From assembly GCF_035084215.1 (NCBI RefSeq), contig NC_090344.1, positions 50,654,001-50,718,000 on the forward strand: a DNA stretch of 64,000 nucleotides. Direction: 5' to 3'. This document shows positions 24,676-36,971 of this stretch, piece after piece. Source of the stretch: Heptranchias perlo. Taxonomy: Eukaryota. Every line of letters begins with the position of its first letter. Position 1 is the stretch's first letter. Below the pieces are notes generated by a model. It searched no databases and was not told the DNA's origin. It saw nothing but the letters and a program-made list of their open reading frames with translations. Position numbers and translations under genes: made by a program.

Positions 24676-25176
24676 CATAAGAACCAGGAGTCGGCCCCCC
24701 GCCCCCACCCCCCCCCCCCCCCCGCCCCCCAGAGTCTGCTCCGCCATTCAATCAGATCATGGCTGATCTTCGACCTCAACTCCACTTTCCTGCCCGATCC
24801 CCATATCCCTTGATTCCCCTCGAGTCCAAAAATCTATCGATCTCAGCCTTGAATATGTTCATGATGTGGAGATGCCGGTGATGGACTGGGGTTGACAATT
24901 GTAAACAATTTTACAACACCAATTTTACAACACCAAGATATAGTCCACAAAATTGCTGGACTATAACTTGGTGTTGTAAAATTGTTTACAACTGAATATG
25001 TTCAAAGACTCAGCATCCACAGCCCTCTGGAGTAGACAATTCCAAAGATTCACAACCCTCTGAGTGAAGAAATTCCTCCTCATCTCAGTCTCGAATGGCC
25101 GACCCCTTATCCTGCGACTATGACCCCTAGTTCTAGACTCTCTAGCCAGGGGAAATAATCTCTCAGCATCTACCCT
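24676..25176 (-). mobile_element. CR1 3' fragment interrupted by a Penelope-like insert
   Basis: Closely matches 63143-63476; insert at 24862-24992. Confidence 0.85.
24862..24992. mobile_element. Penelope-like mini-insert (inverted terminal-repeat fragments)
   Basis: 12-bp duplication tgaatatgttca at 24850-24861 and 24993-25004; shares sequence with the 36753 and 41638 inserts. Confidence 0.8.
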
Positions 25177-25224
25177 GGCCCTGTCCGCCGGTTAAGTGCT
25201 GGGAGAAGGGACTCCGACCTGTCA

Positions 25225-25535
25225 CCAACCACGTAAGGAGATATTAGGACAGGTGACCAAAAGCTTGGTCAAAGTGGTAGGTTTTAAGGAGTGTCTTAAA
25301 GGAGGAGAGAGAGAGAGAGGTAGAGAACCGGAGGAGTTTGGCGAGAGAATCCCAGAGCTTTGGGCCTAGGCAGCTGAAGGCACGGCCGCTAATGGTGGAG
25401 CAACGGAAGTTGGGGGATGTGCAAGAGGCCAGAATTGGAGGAGCACAGAGATCTTGGAGGGTTCCAGAGCTGGAGGAGGTTACAATGATATGGAGGGGTG
25501 AGGCCATGGAGGGATTTGAAAACAAGGATGAGAAT
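25225..25535 (-). mobile_element. L2-type LINE 3' fragment
   Basis: GRAFSCLGPKLWDSL...SFKTLLKTYHFDQAF is a typical L2 ORF2 C-terminus; related pieces at ~54570-54720, ~57597-57745, ~57990-58076, ~58670-58858. Confidence 0.8.
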
Positions 25536-25744
25536 TGGGTGTAAATATGCAGGGGGTCCCCAGGAGTATCACAACATTTGCAGATGGTTGCCAGAAGTCA
25601 ATATTTGCTGGGGGTGCTTGAGTGATTGTGAATATTTGCAGGAGGGCCCCCCATGCAGAAAAACTGAAGATTGTCTTAGGTGGTAACTGGTTTGAAGATG
25701 CACCCAATTGTAGGAACCCTACCATCTTACACTGTTATCAACAG

Positions 25745-26320
25745 ATAGGCTGACACTCCCAGTGCAGTACTGAGGGAATGCTGCACTGTCAGAGACGCCG
25801 TCTTTCAGATGAGACATTAAACGGTAGATGGAAAAGATCCCAACACGCTATTCAAAAAATGAATTCTCCTCAGCTACCTGGCCAATATTTGTTGTTATAA
25901 ACTGGATAGCCATGTGGGGAAGGATAGAATACTGCAGCCTGGTCTTTAGTTGCTTCCAAGCCTTTAGTCACAGAGATCCCACCCTCTCACTTACTTACTG
26001 ACACACACACACACACACCCTAGATCAGCTCTCATAAAAAGGATATGAGAATCCCCAATTGAACCACGTCATCTGAATACAATTAACACTAATTGATACA
26101 AATCACATTATACAATTAACATTTATCCGTAAACCAATATTAATAAAAACAGATTATTTGATCATTATCTCATTGATGTCTGTGGGGCTTTAATGCGCGC
26201 AAATTTGCTGCTGCGTTTCCTACATTACAACAGTTCGAAAAGCACTTCATTGGCTGTAAAGAGCTTTGAGACATCCTGAGATTGAGAAAGGCGCTACATA
26301 AATACAAGTCTTTCTTCCTT
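25745..26320 (+). mobile_element. Fragmented Deu-domain SINE
   Basis: Body (~25745-25890) and tail (~26140-26320) match 45271-45748. Confidence 0.7.
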
Positions 26321-26409
26321 CCATATTGCTCTGGTCCTGAGTTCTATGCTTCTCTGCGGGCCAAGAGAGGCCACCGCGCCAAAGGAGAGATTCGAGAACC
26401 AGACCAGAG

Positions 26410-26520
26410 CAAAATTTGAAACAAAGACAAGAAATGCCGCAATCGCTGAGCAAGTCGGGCAGCATCTGCAGAGAAAAGGAAGATGCGGACGTTTCAAACA
26501 CAGCCCTTCGTCAGAACCCG
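26410..26520 (-). mobile_element. Penelope-like terminal repeat fragment with hammerhead-like core
   Basis: Reverse strand: ttCTGACGAagggctgtgtttGAAACgtc...ctgcagatgctgcccgacttgct. Confidence 0.55.
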
Positions 26521-26779
26521 AAGCCGGACCTGGGCCCGGGCAAAGGTTGACCGTCCGTGACCGATGGTCACCACGGCGTGCGGAGTGTCTTATGGACGAT
26601 TCCCTGGGCTTTTGGTGGGGCTTATGTTGAGCTTTTTTTTTTAGTTTGATTGGACCATATGTTTCTTTCCTATATTAGTGGTGCCCTGAAAAGAAGCACT
26701 TGTTGAGCTGAATCTTATTTGGTGGCCCTGGGGCAAGCCAGGCAAGGGTTAAAGGTCCTGGGGGGGGGGGCTCTGGACA

Positions 26780-27260
26780 ATTGCCCCACTGACCCAGGGA
26801 GTCGCGCCTGCGCACTGGCCGCAGGACCCACCCGGCCGATGACGTCAGCGCTCCGGGCGGACGGTATTTTTGGTTCCGGGACCAGTTTCCGGGGGAGCGG
26901 TTTGACTGTTGGACCAGAGGCCGCGAGTGACGTGTTCAGGTTCAGTCCGAGCAGGGTTTCGATTCTAATCGATTCTTGGGGCCGGAGTGGCGGCGGTGAG
27001 TTCCCCGGGGCTGACTGACTGACCGACCCCCCTTCTCCACACACCCCCCCCCCCCCCCCCCGGCAACACGGACACGGTGGGCCGGGCCGGGCCGACACCG
27101 CGGGCTCGGGTCGCGGCCTCCGGACCCGGGCCCTGTCCCCCGGCTGGGAGAAGGGACTCCGACCGAGGGGCAGATTGACAGCTCCCCCCACCCCCACCCC
27201 ACCCCTTTAGGGGCCGCTCTCCCGGCCCTCGCAGCCCTCGGGAGTGTGTGCGGGTGTTGA
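26780..27260 (+). promoter_or_regulatory. YKT6: CpG island promoter and non-coding exon 1 of YKT6
   Basis: CRE TGACGTCA 26840-26847, NRF1-like CGCCTGCGCA ~26803, TTCCGG ETS cores ~26874 and ~26888, TGACGTG ~26928; donor GCG|gtgagt at 26996. Confidence 0.75.
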
Positions 27261-27439
27261 ACCGGATCACACAGCACAGCACACGGATATAACGGGCAGG
27301 AAAGGACTGGCTGGAGCTTCCTGCCCTCCCCCAGGAGAGGCAATAAAACCAGGGCTAATAAGGGAATGTAAAATTCATCTCTGACCCCCCCCCCTCCTCA
27401 AACAATCGGGCGCAGTCCAGGACTTCACATTGTACGTGA

Positions 27440-27613
27440 ATACAATTTTGTCTTTTAAAAAGCATTTGGACAGTTACATGGGTAAGATGGGTATCGAGGG
27501 ATATGGGCCAAGTGCAGGCAACTGGGACTAGCTTAGTGGTATAAACTGGGCGACATGGACATGTTGGGCCGAAGGGCCTGTTTCCATGTTGTAAACTTCT
27601 ATGATTCTATGAA
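27440..27613 (+). mobile_element. Young CR1 3' end in YKT6 intron 1
   Basis: Near-identical to 49966-50130 and to 60517-60690; TTCTATGA tail. Confidence 0.9.
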
Positions 27614-28124
27614 CTATTCATCTACTGACCGCCCTATAGGATGTGATCTCTGCCCCAGCTGGAGCCCAGTCCGGCTCCCCCTTTGAAGGTGTGCAGAGAG
27701 TTGGCGCTCAGGGATGGAACCTGTGACCCCCCCCCTGGTGTAGTTCTGTGTCATATCTTCTCTATCATGGGGGGAATTTAACATTTATGTACTGAATGGC
27801 TTTGTTGTTGTTACCACTCGAGGCCCTAGACAGAGTACATTTCAACTTTTTGAAGTCCAGTGATATGTTTTCTCAAGGCAGGTGTTCATTGAGCTCTGAT
27901 CCATGTGCATTCTTTATGATGCAATCTTTAATAGAAAACGCATTATATGATTCCCAACTGTTGCACTGTAAAGGAGGTGACTGTATATTGTTTTCCCAAA
28001 ATCTTATGAGAAGCCCTGTAGGAATATTGCTCTAGGCTTCCATTGTTTGTCCTGCTCACATCCATTTGCACTGCAGCAGTTTCTGTCACTGAAGAGCTGG
28101 GGATATTGTGAGTATAAAGCCTCG

Positions 28125-28520
28125 GCTCAGTGATAAACACTCATCTCCAAGGCAGAGGGGTCAAACCTTACTCCAGGATTTGAGCACGTATTCTTGGTTG
28201 ATCGTAATGCAGTACTGAGGGAGTGCTGCACTGTCGGAGGTGCCATCTTTCGGATGAGACGTTAGAGTGAGGGCCCATCTGCCCTCTTGGATGGACGTGA
28301 AAGATCCCATAGCAACATTCAAAGAAAATCAGGAGACTTCTCCCAGTGTCCTGGCCAAAATGTACCCCTTCAACCAACCAACTAAAAAAAAAATAGTTTG
28401 GTCATTGGGATCTTGCAAGTTGGCTGCCACATTTCCCCATGTTACAACAGTGACTACACTCAAAAGTAATTAGTTGGCTGTTAAGAGCTTTGGGATGTCC
28501 TGAGGTTGTGAACGATGCAG
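28125..28520 (+). mobile_element. Degenerate Deu-domain SINE
   Basis: ggaggtgccatctttcggatgagacgtt...aaagatcccat core. Confidence 0.8.
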
Positions 28521-28733
28521 GGTTCCTTAAATGACTTGCAGTAGACCTTATCAATAAGGTATGGTAGTGGACATGTTTAATTAACTCTGTTTCCTGTGAC
28601 TGAGGAGGATATGAACCTAAAAATAGTCCAGCTTGATATCTGGTAATAGCAATTGTTCTGTGAGCCTGGCACCGCATTTTACTCTGTTTGTTTGTCTTGT
28701 AAAGGTCGGTGGAAGGAGTGCAAGGGTGCAGAT

Positions 28734-28837
28734 ATGAAGTTGTACAGCCTGAGCGTATTATACAAAGGGGCCACGGGTGCTAAGCTTCTGAAAGCCGCTT
28801 ACGATGTTTCATCCTTCAGTTTCTTCCAGAGATCCAG
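28734..28837 (+). CDS. YKT6: YKT6 coding exon 1 (longin domain); exon starts ~28705
   Basis: MKLYSLSVLYKGATGAKLLKAAYDVSSFSFFQRS; donor gtatgg; 104 nt. Confidence 0.97.
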
Positions 28838-29359
28838 GTATGGAAGAATTACAGCTGACAGCTTAAATCTAAGGATGGGAAATTAAGTACTGATTTGAAA
28901 GCACCTGGAGGTGTTTGTACTGAGAGCGCTCCCCCCACAACCCCTCCCATGTAAAGACTGCCAAAGGATTAAGGCAGCAACCACTGAGAAAATGCACATC
29001 ACACCTAATTGTGTAGCCACAACTGTTTGATCCAATGAGCTACATTTGGGGATGTAGAATGTCAGTCTGGTTTTGCACAGAGACCCCTTCCCCTCTATAA
29101 TGACTATAAAGGGAGTGACCACATGTTCTCCAATCTGTTCCAGTAACAAGGGTAAGAGGGAAAGCAACCAAATGACACTGAGGAAGCTAATGTCAGTGAC
29201 CAGCTCTCCCTTGTAGGGGCCTTGCTGATCGGTTATTGGCAGTTTCCTTCCTATGGGTGCCTTGGTACCTTTCTTTCTGAATACTCTGATGTGATTTCAA
29301 GTTCTATGATGCTTGTGCAAAAGGTGTGCTTGAATTAAATCCCTGTTTATAACCTGCAG

Positions 29360-29442
29360 TGTCCAGGAGTTTATGACTTTCACAAGTCAACTGATTGTGG
29401 ACCGTTCGCAGATAGGAAGCCGAGCTGCGGTGAAAGAGCAAG
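29360..29442 (+). CDS. YKT6: YKT6 coding exon 2
   Basis: (S)VQEFMTFTSQLIVDRSQIGSRAAVKEQ; ctgcag/gtaagt; 83 nt. Confidence 0.97.
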
Positions 29443-30294
29443 GTAAGTAACCGCGTGTTACTGAAGAGCCTGGGAGGGAATTCAATAAATACAATTAAAT
29501 AAGGGATAATTGCTTCACTTCTAATTCCAAATGGGTCACCAGATGGATTAGGACAGCCCGTGTCCTCTGTCAGCTCATCCATCTTGAATAACCTACAGTT
29601 CTCCTCCATCATAGCAGCCAACTGCCCCTTAAGTGACTCCAAGGTTTTTGCCTCCACTATCCTAGCCAAAAGTTGACTCCAGCTGCTTACGTTGGGACCA
29701 AGCGCATGTGACTTTTCCCCCATGAAGTTGATTAAAAGCTAACCTGAGCAGGATCTAGCCTGGGAGTGCCTGATGCTGATATTGAGAGCCTGAAATAGGC
29801 AAAACATTGAGGGGAAATGTTGAGAAAGTCGGGCTTGTTTTCTTTGGGAAAAGAGACCGTGAGATGATGATCTTCAAAAACTTGAATGTTGACAAATTTG
29901 TTCAAGACAAATTGTTCAATTTCTCGGGGACACAAGTTTAAACATTAGCTTAGGTATAATGAGGGAAATGGACAGGATAAATGGGTTCAGGAGACAGTTG
30001 GATGTGTTTCTGAGAATGGGTTGAGGGATATGATGAGAAATTGTCTTTAGTCTGAGAAAAAGAGATGAACTTTGTTAGGTGTTATAACTTTTTCCTGTTC
30101 CTAAAAAAATTCTCATGTTCTTGCAGTGATGGATGTCAGTGATGGTCAGCAATAACAAAACTCATTGTTACTCATGTATTTCTGCATTAATTAGAAAAAC
30201 TTCAGTGCATTTACCATCAATGAATTGGGTTATGGAATGTCACATTGAGCCTGCAGTCGCCACTGAATGAAGTTCCTCTTTTTGTTCTTCCCAG

Positions 30295-30395
30295 ATTACC
30301 TTTGTCATCTCTGCGTACGGAACGATTCCCTGGCAGGGGTAGTTATTGCAGACAGCGAATATCCATCAAGAGTTTGTTTCACATTACTTGATAAG
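30295..30395 (+). CDS. YKT6: YKT6 coding exon 3
   Basis: (D)YLCHLCVRNDSLAGVVIADSEYPSRVCFTLLDK; cccag/gtacg; 101 nt. Confidence 0.97.
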
Positions 30396-30873
30396 GTACG
30401 ACACTAAGCTGACACCATGTGCCATGAACACTACGCAGAGTCTGAGTGGAATCTGATGTTCAAGGTTTCCTTACTGACCTCTTCAGTCATACTTCAAATG
30501 CACTTATCCCTCCCTCCCTCCCATGTACTCTACATCTTCCCCAAAGTTGCTTCCTCACAGTTGTATAAATGACACCCTATCTGCAAGCACAGTGTCAGCA
30601 GAGCAGTAGATGCTGCTTTAGTTTGTTTTCTGTTTTTGACTCTCTTCACTTACCCCCAAATCGCTAACATAACTACGGAGCTTTAACTGGTAGGAATGTT
30701 CGAATCTGGAGGATAGTCTGTCAATAAGGCTTGAATGTATGTAGTGCCTCTCCGTGTCTCTTAAATGTTTAAAGCACGTCACAAAATGAATTACATTGAA
30801 GTACAGTGATTGTTACGGAGCAAACATGAATACTATGTAGATGGGTGATGTGATACATTTCCTTTGTGTTTAG

Positions 30874-30978
30874 GTATTAGATGAATTCTCCAAACAGGTG
30901 GACAGTATAGACTGGCCCTCGGGTTCTCCAGACTCGATTCGCTACACAGGACTTGACGCCTACCTTTCCCGTTACCAG
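30874..30978 (+). CDS. YKT6: YKT6 coding exon 4
   Basis: VLDEFSKQVDSIDWPSGSPDSIRYTGLDAYLSRYQ; tttag/gtattg; 105 nt. Confidence 0.97.
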
Positions 30979-31304
30979 GTATTGAGCTGGCTGTGCTGCC
31001 CTTGCAGAAACGCACAACTGGTGGATTTTATTTTTCACAAAGCTGAGTACTTGGCAGTCTCATTGCAGGAAGGGTGGAGGTGCAGGGTGCCTCACCATTG
31101 AGCCCCACCCCGGGGAGAACTGTAGTGTGGCAGGCTGTGAAACTGATCATACCTTTCTCTGTGCTCTGTGACTTTGAACAGCTGGTGGTCAAAGAATGGC
31201 CAGCTTTTCTCTTGAACTGGTCCCAGTGCTTGAACTGAAAGCTACCTTTTTGAAATCATGTCTTTTACATGGTGAGAACGTGTCAGCAGGGATTGGACCT
31301 GTAT

Positions 31305-31580
31305 AACATTGAATTACACAGCACCGAAGGCAGCCATTCGGCCCATTGTGCCTGTGCCGACTCTTAGAACAATCCAATTAGTCCCACTCCCTTGCTCTTT
31401 CCCCATTGCCCTGCAAATTTTTCTTTTTCAAGTATTTATCCAATTTCCCTGATTTATAAAATCTGCTTCCACCACCCTTTCAGGCAGTGCATTTCAGATC
31501 ATCATAACTTAATGTGTTTTAAAAAAAAATTCTCATTATCTCATCTCTGGTTCTTTTGCCAATTACTGTAAATCTGTGTC
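31305..31580 (-). mobile_element. CR1 3' fragment
   Basis: Similar to 44730-44980. Confidence 0.7.
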
Positions 31581-31651
31581 TTCTACATATTGTACATGTA
31601 TATTTCAAAACGTCACTAATACACTCACTACATTTGCCTGTCTTTTCCCAG

Positions 31652-31717
31652 GATCCTCGAGAAGCTGACCCTATGAGTAAAGTACAAGCAGAACTGGATG
31701 AAACCAAAGTAATATTG
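31652..31717 (+). CDS. YKT6: YKT6 coding exon 5
   Basis: DPREADPMSKVQAELDETKVIL; cccag/gtaaga; 66 nt. Confidence 0.97.
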
Positions 31718-32546
31718 GTAAGAGTCACAGCGGATGACTGCTAACATGATTGTCATAAGCCCCTATGCACACTACTAAATACTGACACTCCTATATATTG
31801 TATAGGACCTGTGCTATTAATACAGGACATGCATAACATTAGACATCAAGGTCTGGCACCATACACTTCTAAACTAGCTACCGTTATACAGTGTCCCACC
31901 AAAGCAATGGTAATTTCTATCCAGTTTCTCTCAAATCACTATCTGTGCTGCAATTGATGGTTCCTGTTTTTTTCCCATTAACTCGGGGTTCCCAAGTCTG
32001 TTCGTTCATATCATTGACCTCTTCCACTTAACATCCAACCTGATTCGCTCTCTGTGATGATTCCAGTCTACGTTCATCAGCCTCTTCCAGATTGTGCACC
32101 TTCAGTGCTCACAACCTAAAAGGGTGTCGCTGTTGTAACACCATTGTTCCTCCTTCCTCCACTTTCACTGGGTTGAAATCGAAACTCACTGCAGTGTTTA
32201 CTCTTGCCTCCTTCTTTCCCAGGACCTCAAAGCTGCAAGTTCCTCCTGCACTGCTTAGCCTTTTAAAAACCAAGCTTGCTGTCCTCTACTTACTGATTTG
32301 CTTTCTCTTCTCTCTGCTCCTTTTTCCAATCTGGGTAGTGTCCTGCAGTATGTGCCTTAGACCTTTACCTAGATTTCTGAATTTAAAAGAAAAATCTTTG
32401 TATGTAGGAAGTGTGCAAAATTCACAGTTCTAATTTTGTATGACTTTATATTCTGCAAATGTTTCCAGGGATTGATGTGCATGTGGAATAAAGAACTGCT
32501 GCCTATGAGCTAAGCAGATTTACAGCTATGATACTTGTCTTTACAG

Positions 32547-32648
32547 CATAACACAATGGAGTCACTGCTGGATCGTGGGGAGAAGCTGGATGAACTGGTG
32601 TCGAAATCAGAAGTTCTAGGCACACAATCTAAAGCTTTCTACAAAACA
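32547..32648 (+). CDS. YKT6: YKT6 coding exon 6 (R-SNARE motif)
   Basis: HNTMESLLDRGEKLDELVSKSEVLGTQSKAFYKT; ttacag/gtaagt; 102 nt. Confidence 0.97.
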
Positions 32649-33299
32649 GTAAGTGCACTTGTTGCCTATGCAATGGAACCATAATATAATGAACAAAATG
32701 CTCTCTATCCACTGACTGCACAATGCCACTCATAGCGCGTGCTAAAAATTGCTAACGCTGTACTCTTGATGGGGACTTTTATGGGTAATTGTGGGAAGAT
32801 TTACATAAAAATCCAAATGTCCGACCAATCATAGAGATAATGTTCTAAACTCCTTAATCAGGTCAGAGTAGATAACTCCCTTCTGTGTATCTGTTGTTCA
32901 GATGGCTTACAATCCACAACATCTCAATTAGGTTCTAGCTTTTAACTCGCGCTCAGACTTCCATAGTTCTAATATGTTGGCAGATTTCCTGTGCCGTTGC
33001 TCAGTGTGTAAGCGAGTACAAAGTATGGTTGAGTTGCAAAGCCACCTGATGCCTGCAGGCATTATCACCAGGACTTGTTTACATAGGGAATTTCCATTAT
33101 AACTTTCAATGTCAAATATTGACATGAAAAGTGTGACCAAAAATCATGATAACACCAAGTGAGGTTTGTGGGTATTGTTCTCTCCCTCTCATAATTCTAT
33201 ATATAAACTAAACTTCAGCCTGTAACTCACTCTGAAGGCAAATGAAATCTAATAGAGAAGTGTAAAGAAAGTACATCACATAGGGAACACACATACTGT

Positions 33300-33930
33300 G
33301 AATAGTGTTGAAATACTAAGGATGAAGCTGAAAGTGATCTGGGAGTCTTTCTGGACTCACTGCTGCTCTGCATTGGTTGGACATGTTGAGCAATCAACAA
33401 AGCCAATAGAATGTTGAACTAGATAGCAAGAACAGTGGAAGTCTGAACAAGCTATGATCAAAGTGTTTAGTGCTCCGGTCTCCAAGACACAAGGGAGATA
33501 GACCTTCAAGCATTGGAAGCAGTGCAAAGAGCCTGAAAGCTAGTCACTAGCCTTGGAGATCTGAGTTATGAGGAAAGACTGGAGAAACTTGGGCTTTTCA
33601 GCCTTGAAAGGAGGTGCCCGAGAGGTAATTTAATGAGGTATAAAAAGGAAATGAGCCTTTTTTTTTAAAAAAAAAAGGTAAATTTGGAGAATTAAATTGA
33701 GTGGGATAAGGGGCCACAAGTTCAAATTGGTTAAAGGCAAATTTAGGACTGATGTCAAGAAATTTTTTTAACTGTGGAAAATTACATAAATTGACTCCCA
33801 GGGTTTTTGCCTCTACTACTCTATCTGGAAGAACCAACCAATTGGAGATGGTACAATGGTGGGATTTGAGTCATTCTGGATAGGTGAACCAAGGTGGGCT
33901 GAATGGTGTCCTTTGTCTGTGATTATTCTC
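33300..33930 (+). mobile_element. Old degraded CR1
   Basis: Residual YEERLEKLGLFSLERR motif and 3' gggctgaatgg. Confidence 0.6.
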
Positions 33931-34046
33931 TATTAGGGTATTCAAGAAATTCAGTTTTGATTTAGACTTGAGAAAATACCCAGCAAGAGGAGCTGGCAAT
34001 GCTGTTTTTTTTAAGAAATATTGCAGATGTTGTTTTCTTCCTGCAG

Positions 34047-34082
34047 GCTCGGAAACAGAATTCCTGCTGTGAGATCATGTGA
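34047..34082 (+). CDS. YKT6: YKT6 last coding exon (prenylation motif, stop)
   Basis: ARKQNSCCEIM*; total CDS 597 nt (198 aa plus stop). Confidence 0.97.
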   Translation, partial: ARKQNSCCEIM

Positions 34083-36752
34083 TTTATGGACCGAGCCCAC
34101 TCAGTCCTCTGCCTTCACTAACATTCGGTTTGTACAAGAAATGTCTTTCAGCGCGCGGGGCACATGACAATTCTATCAGCAGTGTTTCCTGGATGGGAGC
34201 TTGTGTGCGGCGTACTGCGGAACATCTCACAGATTGAGGCCACTCACCAATTACCATGCATTGTAGCCACAAGAATAAATGGAGCGGGATGAAGACAGCT
34301 GTAATTAACCCTTTCGTTTTCTGTTTGGATATATGACTGTGAGTGAGCCAGTTTTCCCTGAAGGAGCTGCGCCAATGTTTCCAGTAGTTACAGACTATTT
34401 TAAAATTTTTTTGATGAATGGAGCAGCTTCAGTCTCTGCTGGTGTGCAGTCTCTTGTTAAAATGAGTTTGCGAATTGTTGTGACCTGATCCAGATAGTTG
34501 TATGTAGCTCTGGGGAATTTGCATGTGAAAAGAACCCACCTTACAACTATTTAGTAGAGTGTTTTAACTTTTTTTGTCTTCTGATTTTTCTCTCATTTCC
34601 CCTTCCTGCCTTGAAAGTGGCAATTTGTGCTTGGAGTACAGTCTATGGGTGGTGGCCCTCAGTGGCCTACACGTGTAAGCATAATACTATACCCTCCTAA
34701 TACCTACACATGCACACTACTCAAGGTTTGCTGTCTGTTGATCAGAAGCGGGAATCTTGGCCTATTTTTCACCTTTAACCCAGGTATCCCAAGGCCAGTT
34801 GTTCACCTACTACTGCGTTAGCCAAGATTAGTTACCTCAGCACTGACCTTCCTTTTCTGTGAGTCATTGTCTGCATTTTTACCTCCGAAGCCATCAGGAA
34901 GGCCTGATTGGAGAGAGTTTAACTTCATGTCAGAACAATGGTTTGAACAATAATAGTGTGTAAAACCACCAGACAAAATAATGGAACTGAGTAATGGTCT
35001 TTAAGTCTCTAGAATTCCCTTTTATTTAGATATGCACTGACCTAGGTTGTCCAGTGTGTTGGTACATGGGAGCTGGCCTGTCTCAGCCAAACTATGCATT
35101 CAGCAGAAGCATGTGAAACCTACCCTGGAACCAGTGCGAATGAAGAATATAGATATTATGTGGTAGCTATTCAAGCTCCATCACAGTCATTGTTAAATTC
35201 AGCTCTGACTGGATAAGTATTTTTGTGAGGAGGGGAGAGCAATCTGCAATAGTGAAGTTATCCTATTACTGTTCTTTTTATCCTTTCCACAAGCTGTCTT
35301 GCCTCACCTCATTGGACCTTGGCTTCATGCTGCCAGTGTCACTCAGGAACTAGCTGTGAAGGTGAGAGTGACACAGAATGAATTCCATTTTCCCCCTGCC
35401 CCGTTCTGTCAGACTCCCTGGGAATTGCAGTGGGGGAGAAACCTGCATCCTGCTATCTGGCACAGTGTTGTGATAATCTGTGTGCTGGGCTTACTTACTG
35501 TTGAGGTATTAACCCTAGGGTGAAGCTGTTCCTTTTATTCGAGTTATTTATTCCTCACTTCTGAGCTCTGCTCACTTATTCTTGGATATTTCTGTGATGT
35601 TTTCATGCTAAGAATTTAAAGTAAATGTCACCATATAAACTCAATTGCTGTGCCTTTTTGTTTCCTCTGTCCCTGCAACTCAGGTGACCTGAATAAGTGA
35701 GCACAAAATGCCCTGCTCGGAAGAAATCATTGACAAGTGTTCAGCAGTTAAATTATAGTGATAGGATTGCCTTCACGTGTTGAAGTTCAGTTTGTTTTTA
35801 TAGGAAAGAGGTCGGGAATGACTGGCCCCTTTCTTCAAAAAGCATTCCTATTTTCTCTACCTGATAGTTAAGTCTAAGGGTAATTTTGATGTAACATCTT
35901 ATGTATAAGCAGCCTCTGTTCATGTGTTGTATACACATCACTCACTGTGTCTTCAAAGGGCTTTAAAATCAGCAAAATATTGAGGCTCCCACATACTGGT
36001 CTGGTGTCAGATTCTGTGGAGTCTCAATGCTGCACAGGCCTGGTATATATGTTAGTGCTTCACCAATTAACACTACATTATATAGGAATTATTCCACTTG
36101 AAAGCAAGTATGATTTTACCTAGGAAACATTATGTTCGGTAACAATAATTAAAATGTTTGATCCCATAAAGTAATGAATTAATCAGTACTTACTACAGAG
36201 TGGAGATCCTGCAATTGAGATCTGCTATGAGACGATTAACTCCATCACTGGAACTGGAATCAACTACAGTTATGACAATGTATTGATGAAGGGAACCGTG
36301 AATAATATTTTTGGAAAATATTTTCCTTGTACTATTTTGCTGCAAAACGGCTTGTGGTATTAGAGAGCACAACAAGAATAAAACACCTAATGCAGCAGTG
36401 AGTATCCCCTATTTGTTTTATGTTCACAGTGTGGATTTTTGGAATGGTGCCTTTTTTGAGTTTTAATACTTATACCAGTTTTCTACCAACAGATGTTGCT
36501 ATAGTGCTTTGCAAATGCTTTTAGCAAATGGAAAACTTATTGGCTGCAGATGAAGTTTTTTAACATCGACCCTTGCACATTCCAATTTTAAAAAAAAACA
36601 CCACCCAGCGTCCCACTAATGCCTTTAATCTTGGGCGTATGGGAAGTTAATATGTAGCATTTTACCAGTTCGCCCTCTATGAGCAGAGGCTGTGTTCAGA
36701 AATGGAATTAACCATTGCCATTTCAACAGCTTGCATCACTTTATGATAATTA

Positions 36753-36971
36753 TAAACAATTTTACAACACCAAGTTATAGTCCAGCAATTTTATTTTAAA
36801 TTCACAAGCTTTCGGAGGCTTCCTCCTTCGTCAGGTGAACGATGTGAAAAGGAGGAGGAAGGAGGAAGCCTCTGAAAGCTTGTGAATTTAAAATAAAATT
36901 GCTGGACTATAACTTGGTGTTGTAAAATTGTTTACAATTGTCAACCCCAGTCCATCACCGGCATCTCCACA
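36753..36971. mobile_element. Penelope-like insert with inverted arms and a hammerhead motif
   Basis: Arms 36753-36829 and 36858-36934 are reverse complements (one mismatch); flanking ttatgataatta at 36741-36752 and 36972-36983. Confidence 0.85.
36801..36839 (-). ncRNA. Minimal type I hammerhead ribozyme motif
   Basis: TTCAC-CTGACGA-A-GGAGG-AAG-CCTCC-GAA-AGCT-T-GTGAA: stem I TTCAC/GTGAA, core CUGANGA and GAAA, stem II GGAGG/CCTCC, palindromic stem III. Confidence 0.75.

Noticed and set aside
26715-27343. Several 99-160 aa Pro/Gly/Arg-rich ORFs
   Set aside because: Expected from stop-poor GC-rich CpG island sequence.
34065-34082. YKT6 ends CCEIM rather than human CCAIM
   Set aside because: Both cysteines and the terminal Met are kept; as recalled, this variant occurs in other fishes.
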